Shown here piece after piece: positions 36,062-46,900 of a DNA stretch of 55,041 nucleotides. The stretch's first letter is position 1, and each line of letters starts with the position of its first letter. The notes beneath the pieces are model-generated. The model had not been told where the DNA came from. It ran no database searches and saw only the letters and a list, made by a program, of their open reading frames with translations. Source of the DNA: a virus. Its lineage: Duplodnaviria > Caudoviricetes. Position numbers and translations under genes: made by a program. The stretch spans positions 1 through 55,041 of IMG/VR virus record IMGVR_UViG_3300023116_000059; one strand, given 5' to 3'.

Positions 36062-37882
36062 TCAGAATTCGATGACTAGTTTGATGTCTTCAATTTGGTC
36101 AGGAGCACGAGTGATTAGACGACGGTTCTCGATGTAAATTAACTCACCCGAGTTATTTTTAATTTCTGGATTAGCAAGTCCAGAAGCAAATGTAGAACCT
36201 AGAAGCGAACCATTATAGCTGTTGTTGACATCACCCTGAGAAGCAGAAGCAGCACCAATAACTTTGTTAGCAGTTCCAGTTTCAAAAGCTCTTACTGTAC
36301 CAGTGTCTGTATGAGCATCAACTGTTTGGATATACTTGAGTGTACCGTTAGTTGTGGAACCTTGGTCAAGTGTCCAAGAAACAACGGTTCCCTTTGCAGT
36401 ACCACCAGTTACAGTCTGAGAAATCTCTTCGTCAGGAATGTAATCGGCAGTTGCACCACTGATCTTGATTGCCTTTAGACCAGAGAGGGTATCTGCAGTA
36501 GCATAAGTAGTGCTACCAAACTCAAGAGGGTCCTTGATGATGCCGATGCGGCGGAAGTCGTTATCAACAGGGAAATCACCAGAACCTTCAGCATAGGTTA
36601 GGCGAATATTTGTCATTACACGCTTGCCGTTGAGTTCAGTCTCAAAGTCAGAACCATGACCACCTTGAGGAGGAACAATTGCTTCTAGAGCACCAGTTGC
36701 AGTTGCAGGAGTTGCAACACCGCTGGTTAGACCAGCATCAGAGAAGAGGTTACCGTTATCTAGGATAACGTTAGCATAAGTGTAACCAGATCCACGAGTT
36801 TCGATACTTGCAGAAGTAATTGTACCATTACCATCTGTTACAAAACTTACAACACCACCAGTGCCATCGCCCTGAATTGCGGTGTAAAGTGTTTGAGAAG
36901 CAGGTAGGTTTAGACCAGCATCTTCGATTACTACAACATCGATAGGAGCAGGAGTGTTAGTTGCTAGCTGCTCAGTTGCTTGACGAGAAGCATTAGATGG
37001 TAGTACAATAGGCATGAAGTCCGAAGATAGGAACTTCAAAACGTCATCAGTTGGGATGGTGTACATATACTTCCAAATGTAACCAGCACCAGAAGACTCG
37101 GTGTAGATGCCAGTAGCAGCATCGTAGTTAGCGCCACCAACAATAGGTTCTTCAGTTGCGTTCTGACCAGATAGGTTAGAAGGATTTTCTCCGTTGTAGA
37201 GGCACTTGAACACTTCATAAGAAGAGTTCATAACATAGAACTTAGCGGAAGCAATAGACGATTCGCCAGTTGCTGTCTCTTTACCAATTTGACCACCACC
37301 AGCTGGTGTTTCGGAATAGTCGGGTTTCCACATGTCATACTTAGGATTGGCGACTAGATCCCAGTTGTAACGACGAATAACTGTTCTTGCAAAGGAATCG
37401 GTAACACGCTTTGCTGCGATCAATTCGTCATATACTTCAAACTTTTCTCTCTGGTTGTCTAGAGGAAGGGGAGGAACGTCTTCAGTTGCGTAACGATAGA
37501 CACCTGCTTTAGCAGTAACGCCTGTATCAGAACCACCAGCACCACCAGTTCTTCCTTTTAATGTTTGACCCAATGTAGGAGTCGAGTTAACACCGTTAGT
37601 ACCAAATACGTCGGTTAGTAGTAGGGCGTTAGCGTAAATCTTGGCAATTGTGGCACGGAACGTTGTGGAACCATATGTTCCAACATAAACCTCATCTCCA
37701 ACGGAGAAACTACCACCCGCTTCGGAATAGTATTCTAGGTATGCTCTCCATGGTTGTGGTCTACCCACGAAGAAGTACATTCTGGATCTTTCGGGATCAG
37801 TCTCGCTACTGCCCTCAGTCAGCGATTCTAGGAATTGCTTAGCATTAAAAATCCTAAACTTATCAGAGATAATAGCAGCCAT
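36062..37882 (-). CDS. gp8: Baseplate wedge subunit
   Basis: AIISDKFRIFNA, FYVMNSSYEVFKCLYN, GYIWKYMYTI, PPQGGHG, NDFRRIGI, QIEDIKLVIEF. Confidence 0.92.
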   Translation of the reverse strand: MAAIISDKFRIFNAKQFLESLTEGSSETDPERSRMYFFVGRPQPWRAYLEYYSEAGGSFSVGDEVYVGTYGSTTFRATIAKIYANALLLTDVFGTNGVNSTPTLGQTLKGRTGGAGGSDTGVTAKAGVYRYATEDVPPLPLDNQREKFEVYDELIAAKRVTDSFARTVIRRYNWDLVANPKYDMWKPDYSETPAGGGQIGKETATGESSIASAKFYVMNSSYEVFKCLYNGENPSNLSGQNATEEPIVGGANYDAATGIYTESSGAGYIWKYMYTIPTDDVLKFLSSDFMPIVLPSNASRQATEQLATNTPAPIDVVVIEDAGLNLPASQTLYTAIQGDGTGGVVSFVTDGNGTITSASIETRGSGYTYANVILDNGNLFSDAGLTSGVATPATATGALEAIVPPQGGHGSDFETELNGKRVMTNIRLTYAEGSGDFPVDNDFRRIGIIKDPLEFGSTTYATADTLSGLKAIKISGATADYIPDEEISQTVTGGTAKGTVVSWTLDQGSTTNGTLKYIQTVDAHTDTGTVRAFETGTANKVIGAASASQGDVNNSYNGSLLGSTFASGLANPEIKNNSGELIYIENRRLITRAPDQIEDIKLVIEF

Positions 37883-37916
37883 TTGTTTTTCGTTCCGACG
37901 TGGTTTGTGCCAAAGT

Positions 37917-37930
37917 TATTTATATTTATA
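37917..37930 (-). promoter_or_regulatory. Two overlapping perfect late promoters TATAAATA for gp8
   Basis: tatttatatttata on +. Confidence 0.75.
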
Positions 37931-37935
37931 CAGTT

Positions 37936-40900
37936 TTACTCCATGACCATTGGAATGATTTCAGAAGTAGTGGTAATATTGTTAGCGCCGTTGACGCTTA
38001 CGCAACCTAAGAACTGAGTTGCAGTTCTACCAGAGTAATAAATTACACCAAAGTTGGTGCCATCACTATAATATAGGTGTCCAGAATCTGGGAAGTATGT
38101 TGTATTTGCAACATCAACAGTGCCTGGAACTGCACCAGAAGCACCAGTATATATAGCGACTGGATTTTGAATTGATGGGAGACCTAGATTAAAGTATTCA
38201 TTTGACTTGGTATAGCTTGTATTCTTTCTATCTTCAAAATCGGTAATAGTTAGACCACGGAAGAGTCTATCCATATCTTGAATACTGAGACCAGAAACAT
38301 TAGCAGTGCCATCGTCATATCCAACATAATCAAAATTGCCAATAGTAGATCCAACATTACCTCTTAGATAATTGCCAACATACTCATTATTTTCACCAAA
38401 GATAAAGTTATCAACTTCTAGTGTAAAACCAGATCTTAACTGAATGATCTTAGGATCAATCAAGAATACAATAGTTCCATCTCTCTGGACGAATGGGTTA
38501 ACAATGTTAACATCTTCAACGTATCCATCAACAAATCCTGCTGGTGGTAGGTCAAAGAAGATTTGGGTAAAGACTTCATTTCTAACGGTAACAATTGTGC
38601 TTGCTGCCTGAATTTCTGCGCCAAGTACGGTGGTAGTACCAACCACCGCCACTTCAGATACAGTTGCTGCAATTGGTGCTTCTGGATCAGGTTGACCAAG
38701 ACGCTCAGTTGTGATATTTTGTAAATGAATATCATGCTTAACCTCAACAGTTCCTTGAATAACGAGGGACTGTTTGGTGGTCTGTACATTTGTAACAATT
38801 TGTGGTTGTTGTGTATGAAGACCGATATTAGTCTTCATATTAAATGCAGACTTAACAGTTACAAACTTACCACCTGCTTCTGCGTGAGATTCTCTAACAC
38901 TCTCAATAGTAGAGATAGATGCAATCTTTTGATCTAGATTAATATTAAGAACAATCTGTTTTTCTACTGTTTGTACGGAATCCAAATCAATTTGAATCTG
39001 TTTCTGCTTCTGAGAAGAAGAAACATTAGTTACAGTACCAACAGTAACAATAGATGCTTCAGATTGAATATTCTGAATACCAACTGGTGCGATGGAAATC
39101 AGATCAGGAATTTGTCTAATAAATGTTCCTGCCAACCAATCTTGCTCATTGGTATTATCCTGAGCACGAGTAATCTTGAGGAAACGATCAGAAATCTTGC
39201 GTGGGTAGAATACTACCTCATCACCAACCATAAGTTTGCCGTTTGTGGTAAACTTCTGAGTATCATTGACATATAGAACTGTATCTCCAATGAGGAAATC
39301 AACAACTGTGTATGCACCAGCAGCATAGTAGTTAACGTTCTCGATAAAGGAGTTGTCAATTTTTCTTTGAACAGTTGTTGTAATCTGTTTCGTGACAGAG
39401 AAAGTGCTAAAGGATTGAATATTATCAACTCTAGAAGAGAGATATGTAACAATATTAGTAGGTTGTGTCTGTGGTGTAACGGTAGGAGCATCAAATCCAG
39501 TCTCCCAGTATCCAATCTTAATAGATCCTGGTTGTAGAACAGGCATCTGTTGAGCATCTTCCACTGCTGGTAGAGATGTCCACATAGTGCTCTGCCAGTA
39601 GAGAGTATCTGCTGGGATATTTGCCAAGATAGAACTGACAAAACCACCTGTTACGGCTGGATCAGAAGATCTGGTGATAACGGAAGACGCCGCCATATTA
39701 AATCTGGCGCTACCTTCTCCAACACCACCAATAAATGGGTTGAGTCTAGTAAACTGAAGATCTAATCCAAAAGTATTGGTGTCCCTAATAACGTCAAAAC
39801 CCCTTGCTACAACTACCTTTGGAGCAGTTGTATATCCAGAACCATTGTCAATAATATCAACGCTAATGACTTGTCCTTTACTTACAAGAACATTTGCTCT
39901 AGCGCCTCCGCCATTACCATCTAAAGAAATAAACTCTAAAATTGGTGGAATGAAGTATTGATATGCGGTGGGTTGTGTGATAGGATCATAACTACGCTGG
40001 TTCCATTCAAGTTTTTCGATTTTACCTGTAGGAATTTTTAGTCCTTCACTATCATAAACAAATTCACCTTCCGAATCCTTTTCATACTCTAGAATAGCGA
40101 CAACGGAAAGACCCTCACCTCTTGCAACACCATTGTAAGAAGTTACAGGTACGGTGCCATAGATTTTATTTGAAATCTGTTGGTTGGGTCTATTTTCATT
40201 GCCGTATACAACAGGAGGTAGTGAGAGAATGGATCTCATTCCATCCTCACCATCAATTTTAATTTTATATCCTGGTGCTACATTTACAAATTTTTGAGTA
40301 TCAAATAGGGATTGATTAGATTTAGAACTACCAGTCCACTGAGAAGTATTTCTAAGGACCTTAATGTTATCAGCATTTTTAGTTACAGATAACGTGTAAT
40401 CATTAAAGTTTGCCCATGGGAAATCATAAGTCAAGTAGTATCTACCTTTAACTGCAAATACAAACTTAAGACCTTCAATAATTTCGTATGGATGACCAAA
40501 CAGTGTTAATTCGAATGTGTTGCCTAAAATCGAATAGTTAACAATTTCGCCAAGTGTGTTATAAGTGCCATCTGGTCTAACTTGCCATACTTGTACAGCA
40601 TTCGCAACAAACTCTCCCTTCCACGCACCTTTAGTAAATTCCTGAACAATATATTCGCCTACAGCATTAAGATTGTTCCAAGTAAGTTTAGAATCTTGAT
40701 AATAAAGATCTGGTCTATAACCATAGAGTTGCAATGTTTGACCAACATCTCTACCATAAAGTAATCTTATATCAATCTTCATTTCCGCTTGAATGGGAAC
40801 ATTGAAGAAAATATTGGGACCAGAAATCTCATAAGAGAATGTATCTCTTTGTAGCACACCATCTAGGAATACCAAGACATATCTGGGATCATCAATTTTT

Positions 40901-43900
40901 TGTACTGTTAAATCTTCTACATCTAAGATTAGGAATGGACCAGTTCTTACACCGTCTACTAGTTCATAATCAATAGTTAAACGCTTGTAATTGCCAATAC
41001 CTACACCGCCATAGAATTCAACTGCTTGTTTTTCCTGAACAAGTTTTAGGTTTTCTGATTGATCCCAAACAGGTGCTACATCAAATACAATTTGATTAGG
41101 AACTGTTTCTCTATTAATTACATAAGAGTCTTCTGGTGGATAAGACTCTGTAAACTTAGGACGTTGTAAAATTCCATTTAGATAGATGAATAGATCTTCA
41201 TCTTCTTCTGTGACAACAGCAGATCCATCTTCCCAATAAAGATCAAATGCCTTATTCTTCCCATCAATATACTGTGGGTTGGATCTTGTAAGAGTTACAC
41301 CATTAATAATGTCCGCAACAGTTTCTTGAAGAATGTTAATAGCAGAAATAACATCATTACATTCTTTTACTGGAATGTCAGGATCAAGAATAATGTCGTG
41401 ATTTGTAAGAGGTCTTGTTCCACTGTATAGTCCAGTTGGATTCAGGTTTTCTGCAGTAATAGGAACTAAATTTCTTCCCTCGGTCAAAATTGTATCTACA
41501 ATTTCATAATAAGTGTTAAGAGTTGCTTCAACATCTGCACAATATGGAACCTCTGTATCCAGTAGGATACTATTGTCTACTACAGGTTCAATAGCAGTGT
41601 ATGTTCCTGCTGGCAATGTCTGACGCATTGCAAGAACCATTAACTCAACTGCTTTCTCATAAGTTCTCAAAGACTCGTTGAGTTGATCATTGATATATCC
41701 AAGTTCATTGCCAATGTAATATAATTGACCAAATTCGACAACTTGTGCGTTACCACCAAATCTTAAATGATATGTAATAGCATCAATTAAGTATCCAATA
41801 TCACGCTTACACTTGTCGGTTTTGTTTGCCCAACCAATATTAGGGAATTGGGATTGTGCCCAACCTACCGCTTCTTCTTTAATGTATTCTGCATTATTTC
41901 TAATGATATCAGAAGCGTCAATATATGTACCACTATTGATACCACTTAACTTAAATGTGGCTTGAGTAGTTCCAGAGAAAGCAATTTCAGCAATGTAAGT
42001 ATCGCCAGGTTCAACTTCGAATGTTTCTCCATCAACAACTCTGGATACCGTTCTTGTAGATGATACAACACCAGCACCACCAGTAGTACCTTCAATATCA
42101 ACGATGCCAACTTCAGCACCACCAGAACCACCAGCGTTTTGTGTTGCTGCTCTGGATACTAAAATTGTGTTTTCATCTAGAATTCTTACAACTTTTGTTC
42201 CTTCTGGGAACGCTCTTCCAGAACTTACAATAGAACCAACAATAATGTTTTCTGTGTTGTCCATTGTAATTTGAGTAGATCCAGTAGAATATCTTACAAC
42301 TGGTTCTGTGTAATCCCAATTTCTAATGGCAAGTCTGCAAAGTTTTTCTGCATAGTTGACAGCAAACAAGAATTCTTGTAAAATATCCTTATAGTATACT
42401 CCTGCTTCTGTTTCCTTAAAATAAGTAGCAAAATCAAAACTATCTGCATTGCCGCCAAATCTCAAATCGTGAGAGAATGCTTTAATTACAGTTTCTAGAT
42501 CTTCTAAGAATTTAAGTTCTTTTACATTCCAATCTACCGCAGTGTAAGTAGCTTGAGTATATCCAAGAGTTTCTTCTAAAATAAAATCTAGATTGTTGTC
42601 AATTTGGTTAGCAGCATCAATCCATCTGCCATTGCGTTGACTAATAGATGCTAACTTCTTAAAATAACGATCGTTGTATTGATTTTGATTAAATGCAACA
42701 TATCTTCCATAGAAAGTTACACCACCAAATGCAGTGACATCATCACCGTCATCGCCAGTTAACTTTGTTCCATCTCCATATGGAGGTTGAGCAAAAATAA
42801 TGTTGTCATCTTGTACAGTATAAGAAAGTCCTGCTTCCTGAACAACACCATCCAGAGAAATGATCAGATTGTTTGCGCTAACTGGAAATACTGGATTATC
42901 ATTAAAGTCTCTTAATTGGAAAGTGGTTGTTCCAGTTCTATTAGAACCTAGGCTTGTATCACCACTCTCCAGTTCTCTGCCATCAAAAGGATTCTTATAC
43001 CACCATGGTTTACCGTCAGCAATGATATCATCATAGAATCCAGCAGTTCTATTATAGATTCTTACATTAAATGCGCGTAGATCATTGAAGTTGAATTCTG
43101 AAGATGCAACAGACCCACTTCCTCTTTGCTTTTTAGAATCTTCAACTTTTTGTATAGATTGTGTAACAACACGTCTCGTGCTTTCAACAGTAATCTTATT
43201 CTTATCTGGATCCCAAAGTTGTACTACCGAGAAATGCGATGCTTTTGGCATCTTCTGTGGCATTCTGATGTTAGCATCAGTTTCAATGTCAACTTCACCA
43301 AACAGTAAGAAACCTGCTGGGTGTGTTGTAGACTTGATTAACTCACGCCATTGATCAATAGGAGTTTTGGATTTAACAACGTAAGAATAATCTTGATAGA
43401 AGAATGAGTCGGTAATTTTTTGATTTGATACACCAATGATGCCTCTATCGGAATTGAAAGATCCTTGGTTATCAAAGAAAGTCTCAATTCTTTCGTTCAA
43501 TATAGAAACATATCTGTCAATGATATTAGCAGACGTTTGAGACACCAATCCACGGATAGGCAAAGCATCTCTAAAATATCCACGAATATTTCCAACTTTC
43601 AATAAGTTAGAACCATTTCTCCATTCTAATACAATACCGCTAGCAACTTCAATACCACCAAGAGTTTGTACTACTTTTTCACCATTCTTGAATTGACTAT
43701 GTGCAAAATCTTTTACTTTAAAAGTAGTTGCTGATGTGAACAGGGATCTAACAGTTTTATCATCATGATACGATCCACCATTTTTGATAATTCTGATGCT
43801 TTGTGGAGATCCAATGTTTGTGCTTTCAGCGTATGCTTTTAAATCAGTTTCAATAATTTTTGCTTCTGGAGCATATGTGTAGTTCTTACCACCATTTTTT

Positions 43901-46900
43901 GCAGTAATAGCAAAGATCTTACCATCTCTGATAACAATATTAAATTCTGCCCCTACACCATCAGCATCAATTAACTCAACTTTTGGTTTAGAATAATTAG
44001 ATCCACCCTCGGTTAATTCAAAACCAGTAACAGTCTGAGTATTTGGATCAATAATAACAGTTCCAGATGCTCTCAGAGAAGTAGATGGAGAAACACCTTT
44101 TACAATAGGTGTCTTTTTGTAATTGGTGCCTAAATTAACTACATTAACAGAATTGATCTGACCAATAGCAAACTGACCAGTTGTTGTATATGTAATAGAT
44201 CCAGATCCATCCCACAATGGAATCTCATCTAACTCATACACAAATTTAGTATCAGTTACATATGCAAGAGTTTTAGTTCCTTGTAGAGGATCACTAACAA
44301 TCTTTAGATAGGATCCTTCTGCATCAATAATGCCATTTTTATCAAAATAGTAAAAATTGAGGAAATCTGTTCCGACTTTTTCTGTATAAGTATTAGCACT
44401 TTGTCTAGATCCAAATCCAAATTTAACATCAACAAAAGATCCTGGATTGCCTGCTTTAACTGTAGAATTAATTCTTTCTACAGTAACGAGGTTAAAGTTC
44501 TTACTTGGACTAATATCAAAGAAAGATCCTGTCAGAGAACTATGTGATGTATCAAATACGTATCTGTAATACTCTTGAATGTCTAGTAGTGGGTTAACAT
44601 CAAAATTGACATTATCTTCTGAAATTTCAAATTTAAATACAGGATCTTCAGCACTAGAAGTTCTTACCAACCTAGAAGGTGTGCTAGAATCAAAAAATAG
44701 AATTGAATTTGTTATCTTATTCGCAGTCTTAATCTCAATTCCATAATTGAATACGATAAGTGCTTCTTGAGTCTTATTATCATAACTGTAAATGTATCCA
44801 TCACCATTTGCAGATCCAATATGATATAATGGATCAAAATTGTATTGACCATGATATAATGTAAATGCTTGACCAGTAAAATGATCTTTCTGTACAGTTC
44901 CTTCTTGTGCTCTTTCAACAATTACTGTACTACCATCAATATCTACAACTTTTACAATTTCAGTTCCAATTTTGAACAGATCTTGTCTTACAATTCCATC
45001 AGTAGATACTAGAGGGAATCTGGTGGATCCTTTTGCTACACCAACGTGATCAACATACAATGTCAATCTGCGAGTGCTTTGAGAAGCAATAGATCTACCC
45101 AAAGAGTTATCATCAACCCCTAAGTATTCGCCTTTACTATATCCAGTACCACCATCCGATAAAACGCAAGAAGAAACTCTGCCACCAATAACAGTAATAT
45201 TAGCTTTAGCACCAGTACCAGAACCACCTGTTAGTGGGACATCGATATAGATGTCGTCGGTATAATCAGCACCACTTTCAAGTAAATCAAATCTACCAAC
45301 ACCATCATAATTAAGCGATGTTTGAATTTGTGGAGCTACAAATTTTACTTTTTGATATAATCTTTTTCTTACATAGTAGTTTTTAGTCTTAGTAGAATCA
45401 TCTGGGTTGATGTCAATATCAACCTTATCACCAAAACCAAGACCATGTGGTTCTGTGGTTTGTACTAGTGCTACATTCTGGTTTACATCAAATGGCTCTA
45501 AGTTATCACTCATTGAAGAGAATGTGATAATTTTAGTTCCAGCTGTGTTGAGTAAATTATCAGACTGTAAATAGTATTCTGTGTTAACTACAAACTCTCC
45601 ACTCAAAACTTTGAGTTTTACAACGTTCTGACTATTTGTTGTTTCTAAAACTTCACCTTCTGCAAAATTTCCACCTATTCCATCTGTGAGGGTAATGATA
45701 GCACCCTTAGTATAAGATGAATTTTGATCTAGAAGAATATTGAGAGTTTTGATATCTGCAGAGAAAGTTCCAGTGTTATCAAAAGATCCAATAACATTTC
45801 TTAGAATAACGATATTGTCATTAACAACATTACCAATAATTTGACCAGAAGCACCAGATGCTGGTTGTCTAAGGAAATCATCTTGGAATAAGTAAGCACT
45901 TTGAATCGTGACAAGTTTTACTACCTTGTCTTCTTTAGACTCAATATAATCAACAGATTTTCCTTTAACCGATCCTACAACTGCTTCAATATCTTCACCA
46001 TCAGTTCCTCTGCTATCAAATAAGAATTCACAACCAACCGAGAAGTTATTATGAGATTCTGTGGTATTAATTGATTCTACTGTACCTGATTTGACACTAT
46101 CAATAACACCAACGAAACCAGCACCATTGACAGGCATATCTGGTTGTGCTAATCTTCTTACATTAGTAGGGAGCTCATTTTGACTAATTGGAGCATTGTA
46201 ATTAGAGTCTACTGGTAGAGAATAGAAGTTTTCACCAATAAAATATGGGAACTTTGGTTTTTGCTCCTGATCAATAGTTAAGAAATAAGCATAGGTTCCT
46301 TCTGGGTATTCTGGAGTAACACAGTAACGACCATTGTTTTGATCTAGAGTTCCAGATCTGTGGATATATTCATAGTCGTCAATAAAAGTTCCTAGAGGAT
46401 ATGTGTCTACAGAAGGACCAGCAAGTCTTCTATTCTTGTTTCTGTAACTAGATGTCATTCTGATAATATCAGAAGTAAGGTCTAGTGGGTTTTCACATGC
46501 AAATGGACCATAAATTGGATTGCCATCATATGCAAAACCAAGAATTGGAGAATGGGTTTTTTCCGATGGTTCTGTGCCAATAGCTAATAAGTTGTCATCT
46601 AGGAGAAGTCTTAGCTGTTGTGGATTGGCAAGATATCCATAACCATAATCTAGACTCTTATTAATATTCTGGAAAAGATATCCGTTATTAGAGTCAACTA
46701 GATTTTCATACTTTTTAAATCTATTCTTGACCCATGTTTTTAATTTTGGTTCTGCTGTAGCATCAACACCAACTGGAATGATATCTACTTGGATATTTTC
46801 TTGAGTGTAGAAGTTTCCAGCGTCAATTTGCTCAAAACTGTCAAGTCTGCCATCTGGAGTGATAACACTGGTATAAGAAGCAAATCTACCTCTTCCTGCC

